Position numbers and translations under genes: made by a program
The notes under the pieces: generated by a model
What the model was told of the DNA's origin: nothing
What the model saw: only the letters and a program-made list of their open reading frames with translations
The model's database searches: none
Source of the DNA: an uncultured virus (IMG/VR IMGVR_UViG_3300020685_000001)
Taxonomy: Duplodnaviria; Heunggongvirae; Uroviricota; Caudoviricetes
Strand: one strand, 5' to 3'
Length of the DNA stretch: 64,000 nucleotides
Virus record (IMG/VR): IMGVR_UViG_3300020685_000001
Shown here: positions 7,809 to 16,907 of the stretch, piece by piece
How positions within the stretch are numbered: the stretch's first letter is position 1
Layout of the letters: each line of letters opens with the position of its first letter

Positions 7809-8612
7809 ATGATTAAATATAAAGAATTTCTAGATGGGAATGTAGCAGTACAAGTCCTAGATTTAATGGAAGCAATCAAACTTAAAAACCCCTTGCTTAC
7901 ATTCCAACTAGGTGGTAACAGGACTAGCTTTTTTGATGATGCGACACCGCCTAATCGAATAGAAGTAAAGATGTCTTTAAAAGTCTTTCACACTAGCGAC
8001 CCCGAAGCAGAGATTGGTAGTATTGGCTATGACACAGATGAGAAGTATTGGGTGCGTAGTCGATTGATTCAGAACGAAAAGTATGGGCATTGGAACAGAA
8101 GTCAGTTCGAGTCTAAGTTTTCCAAGCATATGAAGAACATAGTTAAGGAAGCTGGCAAACATTTAAAGCCACTAAGCTATGAAGAAATAAAAGCTGAGAA
8201 AGAAGGTGGGGTAGATAGAGCCATTACTGCTAGAGGTAATCAGACTGTATCTAGAACAAACCAAAAAGTTCGTATGAATTTTACCGATATTTTTCCTGAA
8301 CTGTTACATATGCACAACATAGGGTATACCCCAGCTACCCCCAAAATGGCTGAGGCTATTGCGTATGCCATAGAGAATAAAGAAGAAATTGAAAAGTACT
8401 ATGACTATAAACCAAAAAAGGTTATGATATGGGTAAGACCTAACAATGTAGTGTATGAGATTGATAAGGTATTAAACCAAGTTAATAGTACTGCTGAGTT
8501 ACCCGAAGAACTGCGTGGAAAGTTGTTTGTATTAGATGTAACCGACAAGGGGCAATTCGTTGAGGATGTTGGGATTAAACAAGATACAGGCATCTACTGG
8601 GTGCTACTTTGA
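7809..8612 (+). CDS. Hypothetical protein (267 aa)
   Basis: ORF in operon context. Confidence 0.75.
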   Translation: MIKYKEFLDGNVAVQVLDLMEAIKLKNPLLTFQLGGNRTSFFDDATPPNRIEVKMSLKVFHTSDPEAEIGSIGYDTDEKYWVRSRLIQNEKYGHWNRSQFESKFSKHMKNIVKEAGKHLKPLSYEEIKAEKEGGVDRAITARGNQTVSRTNQKVRMNFTDIFPELLHMHNIGYTPATPKMAEAIAYAIENKEEIEKYYDYKPKKVMIWVRPNNVVYEIDKVLNQVNSTAELPEELRGKLFVLDVTDKGQFVEDVGIKQDTGIYWVLL

Positions 8613-8621
8613 GGAGAAGTG

Positions 8622-9050
8622 ATGACAACAGTTGGACAGCTGTACGTGCATACGGCAGAGGAAACAAAAAATTGGGGTTGGATGCACTTAGATGATGTAC
8701 TTTTTGGGGGGGGTCGTAAGTATTTTTCGGGTAATCTTGGGGGTGGTATAGAAGAAGTTGCTATAAAGATGGTTCAAGAACAATTCAATCTACCCTTAAC
8801 TAATGTATGGCGAGTCCATATGTTACCTACTGGTTTAGTTGAACTAAATGACTTCACATTGCCAAGTGGTAGTGGTAAAATAAGGGAAACTTTTAAGCAG
8901 GAGGATTTGCCATTGTGGGTACAAGACTCGCTCTCCGTACTCATGATTGTAGACCAAGGAACGACAGTTGAGGGGCTTGGAAAGAAAATAACTGAAGATA
9001 TTTTTTATATCTTGGAAACACCTGATTTGGAGAAAGCATATGGCAGATAA
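8622..9050 (+). CDS. Hypothetical protein
   Basis: C-terminus (DLPLWVQDSLSVLMIVDQG..VEGLG) resembles the C-terminus of the preceding ORF. Confidence 0.7.
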   Translation: MTTVGQLYVHTAEETKNWGWMHLDDVLFGGGRKYFSGNLGGGIEEVAIKMVQEQFNLPLTNVWRVHMLPTGLVELNDFTLPSGSGKIRETFKQEDLPLWVQDSLSVLMIVDQGTTVEGLGKKITEDIFYILETPDLEKAYGR

Positions 9051-9384
9051 GCCTGAAGTAGCCGTCAAGAAAAAGATTAAAGCACTACTTGAAAAACATG
9101 GGGCGTATTATTTTACACCAGTTACGAGTGGTTTTGGGAGTAGCGGAGTACCTGATTTTGTCGCTTGTATTAAGGGTAAGTTTATAGGTATCGAAGCTAA
9201 AGCTGGTAAAGGAAAGACCACTGCATTACAAGACAAGAACCTTACTCAAATTATGAACGCTGGTGGGGTTGCTGTCATCGTAAATGAAAGTGGGCTGGAA
9301 AATTTGCAGTTGTTGTTAGAAGTAGGTTTGCCAACGCAAGGGGCGTTGTTTGATATGTTGTTAAATACAGGAGAGTTAAAATGA
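9040..9384 (+). CDS. VRR-NUC / Holliday junction resolvase-like nuclease
   Basis: GVPDFVAC...FIGIEAKAG..TTALQ (PD-(D/E)XK). Confidence 0.88.
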   Translation: MADKPEVAVKKKIKALLEKHGAYYFTPVTSGFGSSGVPDFVACIKGKFIGIEAKAGKGKTTALQDKNLTQIMNAGGVAVIVNESGLENLQLLLEVGLPTQGALFDMLLNTGELK

Positions 9385-9797
9385 GTTGGACACAAGTAGA
9401 AGTTGATGCGACACAAGCAACAGAAGCAAAAGTAGTTGAAATAGGAGAGTTGCTAACCAAAGAAATAAATAAACCAAAGGTAGAAGTAAATAAAAAACCT
9501 AAGGTTATGAAGCCTAAGGTATCTGTATTAGAAGAAGCGCAAACCATTGTATATGGCGATAGGGAAAAGACTTATGGACATCCCGCTAAGAACCTTAAGA
9601 CAATAGCCGCTATGTGGACTGCCTATATGAACAACATGGACGATGGTAACTTTAATGTTACTGCTAAAGATGTAGCCGCAATGATGATGCTAGTTAAGGT
9701 TGCACGCTTTGCCAATGACCCTAGCCATCGTGATAACTTGGTTGATGTGTGTGGCTATGCCGCCTTGATTGAACGCTGTGATGAGGTGGCAAAATGA
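9381..9797 (+). CDS. DUF6378-like phage protein
   Basis: REKTYGHP..N..IAAMW...KVAR...HRDNLVDVCGYAAL. Confidence 0.75.
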   Translation: MSWTQVEVDATQATEAKVVEIGELLTKEINKPKVEVNKKPKVMKPKVSVLEEAQTIVYGDREKTYGHPAKNLKTIAAMWTAYMNNMDDGNFNVTAKDVAAMMMLVKVARFANDPSHRDNLVDVCGYAALIERCDEVAK

Positions 9798-11258
9798 GTG
9801 TTATCGGATATTGGGAAGCAAGCTGTGCCGTTGAGGAAATAGGATATAAGATAAGCAGTATTAAAAGTGTAGTAGAGATACTTGCTGAACGAGAGTCTAG
9901 TAACTTAGAAAGTGCGGCATTGTGGGCAGTAACTGAGATGCTCGAAGTATATGAAGAAAAGCTAGATATGCTAAGCGCAAGACTAATGGAATCACATAAA
10001 GAAGTAAAAGAAATAAACGCTAAGAAGGAGAAAAAGAAATGACCGATGAGATTATTCAAGGGGCAAGCGGTCAAAAGTATCGTGCCTTTAAAGTACCTAT
10101 CTATGTAGGCTATTGGTCTATGTTAGATGGTATGATGAAAACCCCAGCCGAAGTTAGACCTAGCCTATGGAAGCGTGTTACTCATAGACTGGCGTTTGGT
10201 TGGACATGGCATGATGGGTTGGAGGGATTATGAGTGAAGCTGAAAAAGCAAAACAGTTTGAAATTAAAGACAGCATAACAATCGAAGGAATAACCCCTGA
10301 CTTTGTTTCCTATAATGCCAAACTTCTTGTAAAGGATATGGATTTATGGAAGTTTAAATTTGAGCGCATTGTTAAAGTAATGGAAGACCGACATGAGGAA
10401 CACCTTAAAATGATTAGTGACCTACTTACGGAAAATCATGCTTTAAAAAGAAAGCTAACAAAAGATGAATGAACAAGACCTAAGAGATTGTTTTGCTATG
10501 TTTATAGTGAATGGGTTACTTAGTAGGGCTAGTGTGTTTGATGCTAAAGAAGTATGGGAGATAGCAGACGCTATGCTCGAAGCACGCAAACCAAAAGAAG
10601 AAACAGGAATCGTAGCAGTTAAACGAGGGAGAAAGAAAAATGAAGTTAATGACAGCAGTATGGAACGGTGAAGAAGCCAAAGTCTTATTTAGTAATGTGT
10701 TTGAGAATGCCAATTGGATATTAAAAGCTGATGCTTTGCAGGATATTATTGTTGAACTAGAACACCGATATGAACTTCTAATGGCAGAGAATAAAAAACA
10801 TGAAGAATTTGATATGGATGGGAGATGTTAATGAATAGAGATCATATGTATTGGGTAGCAGTTGGCTGTATATTTGTAGGGTTATTGATTGAAGGCTTTT
10901 TGTTTTTACACCAAGCCAAGGCTGACATCATTATCATTCAAGGTCCGGGCGGTGTACAAGAAGGCACAATCATTACCTTTCCTACTGTACCCATCTACGC
11001 ACCAGCGAGGTAATTATGAGGATGAAAAAGTGGTGGGGGCAACATGAATGGCGAGAACCCGTAGGTACATGGGGTGAAGATACAAAAGCCGCTTATAAAG
11101 ATTGGGTTGATGAAACTTTTGGCGACCATAACCCCAATAACTTTTTTAAATATGCTGAACAATATCGTGCGGTTAAGTTTGTCGAAGCTAGTGTAGAAGA
11201 ACCTGAGAGATATAACTTTGGATGGACAGATGCACGAGGAATATACGGAAACAAATGA
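9794..11258 (+). CDS. Run of seven small hypothetical ORFs (9794-10042, 10039-10233, 10230-10472, 10465-10671, 10640-10831, 10831-11013, 11016-11258)
   Basis: Tightly overlapping, co-oriented small ORFs; 10465 has RDCFAM...ADAMLEAR; 10831 has an N-terminal TM/signal. Confidence 0.6.
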
Positions 11259-13075
11259 ACATAATCAGTCTTGATTTTGAAACATACTATGACCAGCAGT
11301 TTTCGCTTAGCAAGATAACAACAGAAGAATACATACGAAGCCCATTGTTTCAAACCATTGGGGTAGGAGTAAAAGTAAATGAAGATGAAACCCTTTGGTA
11401 CACTGGGAGCGATGATGGAGTTGCTAGCTTTTTGGGTAATTTTGACTGGAGCAATTCTGCTTTACTTGCCCATAATGCTATGTTCGATGCTGCAATTCTT
11501 AATTGGCGCTATGGTATTAAGCCTAAAGCAATTCTGGATACGCTGAGTATGGCTCGTGCTATTCATGGCACAGAGGTTGGTAACTCATTGGCAAAGCTAT
11601 CTTTATTCTACGAGCTTGGTGTCAAGGGTACTGAGGTTGTCGATGCTCGAGGTAAACGCCTAGAAGACTTTGAGCCGCAAGACCTTGCGCAGTATGGTGA
11701 GTATTGTAAGAATGATGTGGAGCTTACACGAAAACTTTTTATGAAGTTAGCCCCGCACTATACTTTCTCTGAACTTAAACTTATAGATATAACCATAAGG
11801 ATGTTTTCAGAACCTAGTTTGGTTTTGGATTCTAATTTGTTGAGGCAGCATTTGGCAGAGGTGAAGTACCGCAAGCAGTTGCTACTCGAGGAAGCTGGGG
11901 TTGAAACTCGTGATGACCTGATGTCTAACATTAAATTTGCTGAGATGTTACGGGGCCTGGGAGTTGAACCTCCTACCAAAATATCTTTAATGACAGGTAA
12001 GGAAACGCTGGCTATGGCTAAGTCAGACGAGGAGTTCAAAGCCTTACTAGAACATGAGAATTTCCAAGTACAAGCGTTAGTTGCGGCAAGACTTGGAAAC
12101 AAATCTACGCTAGAGGAAACTCGTACCGAAAGGTTTATGGGTATCGCTAGTCGTGGGTTGATGCCTGTCCCCCTACAATACTATGCGGCTCATACAGGGC
12201 GTTGGGGCGGTGCAGATAAAATTAACTTACAGAATCTACCTAGTCGTGGCAACAACGCTAACAGACTTAAATTTTCAATCAAAGCTCCCGAAGGTTATGT
12301 GTTAATTGATAGCGACTCATCTCAGATTGAGGCTAGGGTGCTGGCTTGGTTGTCAGGGCAAGATGATTTGGTAGAAGCATTTAAGAAAGGTGAAGATGTA
12401 TACAAGATCATGGCGAGTGCCATCTATTCAAAAGCCATTGACGAAGTTATGCCTAACGAGAGGTTCGTCGGGAAAACCACGATTCTTGGGGCTGGCTATG
12501 GCATGGGGGCTAAGAAATTTGGGGTACAACTCAAAACCTTTGGCACAGAAATTACGGAGCCGGAAGCTATCCATATCGTTCAAACTTATCGTCAAACATA
12601 TCCACAGATCCCGTTATTGTGGACACAAGGTAAACACGCAATCGAGGCGATGGCGAAGGGGCAGAACACCCCGTTTGGTAATGGCTGTGTAGAGGTATGT
12701 GGTAAGGATGGAATCTTGCTACCTAATGGGCTATATCAACGCTATCCAAACCTACGCAAGTTGCGTACAGAAAATGGTGAGCAGTATGTATACGATGCTA
12801 GGCGTGGCGCAGTTAAAATCTATGGCGGTAAGCTAGTAGAGAACATTTGCCAAGCCCTTGCTCGTTGTATTATCGGTGAGCAGATGTTACGTATATCCAA
12901 GCGTTATAAGCCTGTCCTAACTGTGCATGATGCGGTAGCTTGTATAGCCCCTAAGGAAGAAGTAGAAGAAGCTATGGCATATGTACAAGAGTGTATGAAA
13001 TGGACACCTGACTGGGCTAAAGGTTTGCCAGTAAACTGTGAGGCTGGGTATGGAGAAAGCTATGGAGATTGTTAA
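11255..13075 (+). CDS. polA: Family A DNA polymerase with 3'-5' exonuclease domain
   Basis: Exo motifs DFETY, HNAMFD, YCKND; HTGRWGG, INLQNLP; motif A DSSQIEAR; motif B RFVGKTTILGAGYGMG; motif C TVHDA. Confidence 0.95.
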   Translation: MNIISLDFETYYDQQFSLSKITTEEYIRSPLFQTIGVGVKVNEDETLWYTGSDDGVASFLGNFDWSNSALLAHNAMFDAAILNWRYGIKPKAILDTLSMARAIHGTEVGNSLAKLSLFYELGVKGTEVVDARGKRLEDFEPQDLAQYGEYCKNDVELTRKLFMKLAPHYTFSELKLIDITIRMFSEPSLVLDSNLLRQHLAEVKYRKQLLLEEAGVETRDDLMSNIKFAEMLRGLGVEPPTKISLMTGKETLAMAKSDEEFKALLEHENFQVQALVAARLGNKSTLEETRTERFMGIASRGLMPVPLQYYAAHTGRWGGADKINLQNLPSRGNNANRLKFSIKAPEGYVLIDSDSSQIEARVLAWLSGQDDLVEAFKKGEDVYKIMASAIYSKAIDEVMPNERFVGKTTILGAGYGMGAKKFGVQLKTFGTEITEPEAIHIVQTYRQTYPQIPLLWTQGKHAIEAMAKGQNTPFGNGCVEVCGKDGILLPNGLYQRYPNLRKLRTENGEQYVYDARRGAVKIYGGKLVENICQALARCIIGEQMLRISKRYKPVLTVHDAVACIAPKEEVEEAMAYVQECMKWTPDWAKGLPVNCEAGYGESYGDC

Positions 13076-13266
13076 TGAACGCAAATGAACTAGCTGATTG
13101 GTGCGATGAAGCATCACAGGAATATGGTAATAAACCACTTGTTGAGGTAGCCATCCTACTACGCCAGCAACAAGAAAAGCTAACCAAGTACGAACTACGC
13201 CACCAAGCACAGCGTGACAGGATTGCCATATTGGAAGCGCAACTAAAGAAAGCAAGTGATAAATGA
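13075..13266 (+). CDS. Hypothetical protein
   Basis: MNANELAD start; coupled to pol stop. Confidence 0.6.
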   Translation: MNANELADWCDEASQEYGNKPLVEVAILLRQQQEKLTKYELRHQAQRDRIAILEAQLKKASDK

Positions 13267-13508
13267 ACAATGAACCAGTAGCGTGGATGCTTACATTACC
13301 TGACGGAACGCATGATTGGATATTAGATGGCAACGGATGTGAAGGCTATATTCCACTCTACACCCATCCAGCAAAGACACTAACAAATGCTGTAGTAAAC
13401 GAATTGTGGGCAGAATCACAGGAAGATGGTATTGCTATGCAACAAGGTTTTACTACACAACAACATTATTTTGCCCATCTAATACTAAGAAAGGCACAAG
13501 AGAAATGA
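13263..13508 (+). CDS. Hypothetical protein (EPVAW...PLYTHP type)
   Basis: Motif common in small phage proteins. Confidence 0.65.
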   Translation: MNNEPVAWMLTLPDGTHDWILDGNGCEGYIPLYTHPAKTLTNAVVNELWAESQEDGIAMQQGFTTQQHYFAHLILRKAQEK

Positions 13509-13924
13509 GGAAGCCTTTTGAGCAAGACCTACACGATAAGTACGATGCGCCAGCTAAAGAAGCGGTGTCTAGCTATTTGGAAAAGACTTGGGGGGTGCTA
13601 GTTGAACCTAACCTAAATCAATACGGGGTTGACCTATTAGTGTTTAAGGATGCTGAAGTAATTGGTAGCATAGAGGTAGAGGTAAGGCAATGGAGTCCTA
13701 ACTGCCCATACCCTACCATCCATGTGCCTGAGAGAAAGACTAAGTTCTTTGGCGACAAGGTATTATTCTTTGCTCTTACAAGAGATATGCAACACGCATA
13801 CTGGATAGAAACAAATAAGATTAAGGAATACCCTATCAAAGAAGTGCGTAATATTAAAGTAGCAGAGGGTGAGATGTTTTATGATGTACCTACTAACCAA
13901 TTTGGGTTTGTAGATTTAATTTAA
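13505..13924 (+). CDS. PD-(D/E)XK-like putative nuclease
   Basis: YGVDLL...IEVEVR; start MRKPF at 13505. Confidence 0.6.
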   Translation: MRKPFEQDLHDKYDAPAKEAVSSYLEKTWGVLVEPNLNQYGVDLLVFKDAEVIGSIEVEVRQWSPNCPYPTIHVPERKTKFFGDKVLFFALTRDMQHAYWIETNKIKEYPIKEVRNIKVAEGEMFYDVPTNQFGFVDLI

Positions 13925-13933
13925 AGGAAAGCA

Positions 13934-14530
13934 ATGGAGATTGTTGAGGAATATAGATTAAAAGTATCAGTCAGAAACAATTTAATATTAAAAGCTATTG
14001 AGGGGCATGGGTATACCAACATGGCTAAATTTGCCAAAGATGAAGGTATGTCTTTGACGGGGTTATATGAGTTAGTAAACCTAAAGACTGCCCCTATTGG
14101 TGTAGAAGGTGAATTTATAAAAGCCGCTAAAGAATTGATGGAAATACTTGGTGCTTGCCCAATTGACTTATGGACTACCGAACAATTAACTCTAGCGTTA
14201 AGAAAAAATTCGATAGAAAAAGAGCTTAGTAAAGAAGCTTTGCAAATAGCCTTGCAATCTGATGCTAGAAGTTTAATTGGTTTACCATACGAAGAAGTTT
14301 CTGAACAAGAGCAAACCGAGTTAGTAAAAGATGTTTTAGATTCACTAACACCTAGAGAAGCAAAAGTATTACGTATACGGTTTGGAATAGGTGATGAGGA
14401 AGAACATTCGCTTGAAGAAGCGGGTAAACGATTCAACGTATCTAAAGAGCGTATTCGCCAGATTGAGTCTAAAGCCCTCCGCCATATGCGCCATCCAAGT
14501 CGTAGCGACAAACTCAAAAAACTTTTGTAA
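13934..14530 (+). CDS. HTH + sigma70 region-4 protein
   Basis: [15 protein letters not shown]...[33 protein letters not shown] closely matches RpoD region 4; no region 2 seen. Confidence 0.88.
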   Translation: MEIVEEYRLKVSVRNNLILKAIEGHGYTNMAKFAKDEGMSLTGLYELVNLKTAPIGVEGEFIKAAKELMEILGACPIDLWTTEQLTLALRKNSIEKELSKEALQIALQSDARSLIGLPYEEVSEQEQTELVKDVLDSLTPREAKVLRIRFGIGDEEEHSLEEAGKRFNVSKERIRQIESKALRHMRHPSRSDKLKKLL

Positions 14531-14540
14531 AAGGAAAATA

Positions 14541-14711
14541 ATGGACTACTCCACATATTATTTAGAAGCACTAAAAGAAATCAAAGCAGCACATGAAGCG
14601 CTGTTAAAAAGAAACTTTGAAGAAGCCCATGACCATTGCCTTAATGCGCAAGCAGAGATTAGGTTGATGAGTGTTAATGTTAAAAGCTGGATACCTGTGG
14701 AGGAAGAATGA
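14541..14711 (+). CDS. Hypothetical protein
   Basis: Start MDYSTYY after AAGGA. Confidence 0.6.
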   Translation: MDYSTYYLEALKEIKAAHEALLKRNFEEAHDHCLNAQAEIRLMSVNVKSWIPVEEE

Positions 14712-15037
14712 CTTTGAACAAAGGAATAGATTTAGAAGAAGATATCCAAAATGTTTGGTCAGTTAAGGAAGACATTGAGCTATTAATTTGGCGTTATGTA
14801 GACCACCCTAAGCATATGACTGAGGATGAAGTATGGAATCATTTAGCTGGTATTGCTAATAGGCTTGACTTATGCTGCGAAAAACTGTGGGATACCTACT
14901 GTAAGAAGTTTGAGCTTGATGATTATGCAACACCTGAGAAGATAGCTTATCGTAGTGCTATGTTAAACAAGTGGAAAGAAATGCTAGCCGAGGGAAACAA
15001 AGCTGGTGCTAAAACTAAAAAGAAAGCAAAGAAATGA
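14708..15037 (+). CDS. Hypothetical protein
   Basis: ORF with ATGA overlaps. Confidence 0.65.
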   Translation: MTLNKGIDLEEDIQNVWSVKEDIELLIWRYVDHPKHMTEDEVWNHLAGIANRLDLCCEKLWDTYCKKFELDDYATPEKIAYRSAMLNKWKEMLAEGNKAGAKTKKKAKK

Positions 15038-15585
15038 TATATATTAAATATATACTTTTAGTACCTATAAGTCTTGTGCTTACATTGATTGCGCTTATTA
15101 CAGCGCCTGTAATGGTGTTGTTTGCAGAGCAACGAGATGGCTGGTTAGATAACGGCTCTATATGGGGAATCGGTCCACGTCTACCAACATGGCTTAACTG
15201 GTTCATGACACCTGACAACAGTTTAGATGGTGACTATAGTTTTGAGCAGATTAACGGAAGAAGCTATTGGTCTAAGGTTAAGTGGCTATGGCGTAACCCC
15301 GCATATGCGTTTGCATTAGAGACTCTGTTTGTACCATATGAAACGTCAGTAAGTGGGGATAAGACTATTAAGGACAACAACAATGCGAAAGAAGGCTGGT
15401 GCTTGGTTCATGCTAATGGACTCTTTCAGTTTACTTATGTTAAGCGGATTTTTTCTAGCAGTCGGTGTATTTATGTCAATTTGGGCTGGAATATTAGGGG
15501 CTTGGTGGATGATAACGTTATGCCTAAACCTCTTAATTGGCAAGCCACTTTCGTATTTTCACCACGTATTTCGGGGTTCAGATAA
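15034..15585 (+). CDS. Putative membrane-anchored phage protein
   Basis: N-terminal TM; WFMTPDNSLDGD and WLWRNPAY motifs. Confidence 0.7.
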   Translation: MIYIKYILLVPISLVLTLIALITAPVMVLFAEQRDGWLDNGSIWGIGPRLPTWLNWFMTPDNSLDGDYSFEQINGRSYWSKVKWLWRNPAYAFALETLFVPYETSVSGDKTIKDNNNAKEGWCLVHANGLFQFTYVKRIFSSSRCIYVNLGWNIRGLVDDNVMPKPLNWQATFVFSPRISGFR

Positions 15586-15708
15586 ATGAGTTTTACAATC
15601 ATGCAGCATGATGGCATGAAAGTAATTCAATGGTTCCAAACTATTGATGATCTGTTAAAATCTATGTTAGCAAACCCTAACGACGCATACCATAGGAATA
15701 AATTATGA
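15586..15708 (+). CDS. Hypothetical protein (40 aa)
   Basis: MSFTIMQHDG...; abuts both neighbours. Confidence 0.45.
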   Translation: MSFTIMQHDGMKVIQWFQTIDDLLKSMLANPNDAYHRNKL

Positions 15709-16382
15709 CTGCATGGTCTTACAGTAGTATCACCTTATTCGATCAATGCCCTAAAAAGTATTACCACTTGCGGGTGGCTAAGGATATTAAAGAGCCTGAA
15801 TCTGATGCGATGAACTATGGTAAAGACCTGCACCTTGCCGCTGAGGAATACATAAGGGATGGCAAGCCACTCCCCGAAAAATACATTTATATTAAAGAAC
15901 TCTTGGATAAGCTAAATCTTATTAAAGGAGAAAAGCTTTGTGAAAACAAGTTAGCAGTTAAACTTACCCCCGATAACCGGTTAGTTCCCTGTGACTTCTT
16001 TGATAAAGATGTTTGGTATAGGGGTATAGCTGACCTAATTATTCTAGACCGAGAAAATCAAGAAGCTAGAATCATTGACTATAAAACAGGCAAGTCGGCT
16101 AAGTATGCGGATACTAAACAGTTAAAGCTACTAGCCGCCTGTGTATTTACTCATTACCCTGAGGTTAAAGTAATCAAAGCTGGCTTGTTATTTGTGGTGT
16201 CTAAGGAGTTTATTAAAGAGGAATATACCACCCATCATAGGCTAGCTTATTTTGAGCAGTTTAAGCCCCTTGTGAACCAGCTAGATGCCTGTATTGAGAA
16301 TGGGGTTTGGAACCCAAAGCGTAACTTCACTTGCCCTAAGCATTGTCCTGTGCTATCCTGCACACATAATGGAAGAGGTTAA
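15705..16382 (+). CDS. PD-(D/E)XK exonuclease (Cas4/RecB-like)
   Basis: WSYSS..FDQCP, RGIADL, IIDYKTGK, Q..L, C-terminal CPKHCPVLSC. Confidence 0.9.
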   Translation: MTAWSYSSITLFDQCPKKYYHLRVAKDIKEPESDAMNYGKDLHLAAEEYIRDGKPLPEKYIYIKELLDKLNLIKGEKLCENKLAVKLTPDNRLVPCDFFDKDVWYRGIADLIILDRENQEARIIDYKTGKSAKYADTKQLKLLAACVFTHYPEVKVIKAGLLFVVSKEFIKEEYTTHHRLAYFEQFKPLVNQLDACIENGVWNPKRNFTCPKHCPVLSCTHNGRG

Positions 16383-16384
16383 AT

Positions 16385-16681
16385 ATGCCGTATAAAAACA
16401 AAGCAGATCGTAAGTATACAAACGCTGTTAAATATGAAGATAGCCCTCAACAGATTAAGAATCGTGAGGAGCGTAATAAAGCTCGTGCTAAGCTAATGAA
16501 AGCTGGTAAGGTAAGTAAAGGTGATGGGAAAGATGTAGCCCACATTGTAGCGGCAGATAAGGGTGGTTCAATTAAAGATGGCGTAAGAGTAGAAAGCGCC
16601 AGTAAGAATCGTAGTTTTAAAAGAGATTCAAAGCATAACTTAGTATCAGAAACAAGTACTAAAGAGCGTAAAAAGAAATAG
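16385..16681 (+). CDS. HNH-like small endonuclease (degenerate)
   Basis: RNKARAKL...KGDGKDVAHI...GGS...SASKNRSF. Confidence 0.7.
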   Translation: MPYKNKADRKYTNAVKYEDSPQQIKNREERNKARAKLMKAGKVSKGDGKDVAHIVAADKGGSIKDGVRVESASKNRSFKRDSKHNLVSETSTKERKKK

Positions 16682-16699
16682 TTTTTTGATAAAGTCACA

Positions 16700-16890
16700 G
16701 GATAAGGTATGAGTGCCTAGTTGACTTGGGGTTTGAATTTCCCTTTCATAGTAAACCATACCAGTTAACATGCGGTCTTTGTAGTTAGTGCTCACGTGCT
16801 AACAACCTTTCCACTGCAAGAGTTAACGGACACTGGGAAAGACTAGAACAAATTATAAAAGCTTGAAGCGGAGACCGCTTTCAGGCTATT
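16700..16890 (+). ncRNA. Putative structured RNA upstream of the helicase
   Basis: Several stems identified by eye (see findings). Confidence 0.4.
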
Positions 16891-16907
16891 CAGTATCGGA
16901 GAGAGTT

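Noticed and set aside
13921..14571. 216-aa minus-strand ORF
   Set aside because: Antisense shadow of the sigma-region-4 gene; no recognisable motifs
15705..16382. Cas4-like nuclease as part of a CRISPR system
   Set aside because: Stand-alone PD-(D/E)XK exonuclease in a normal phage replication context
16682..16907. tRNA gene in the intergenic gap
   Set aside because: No T-loop (GTTCRA) or cloverleaf found by eye; tRNAscan-SE would be decisive
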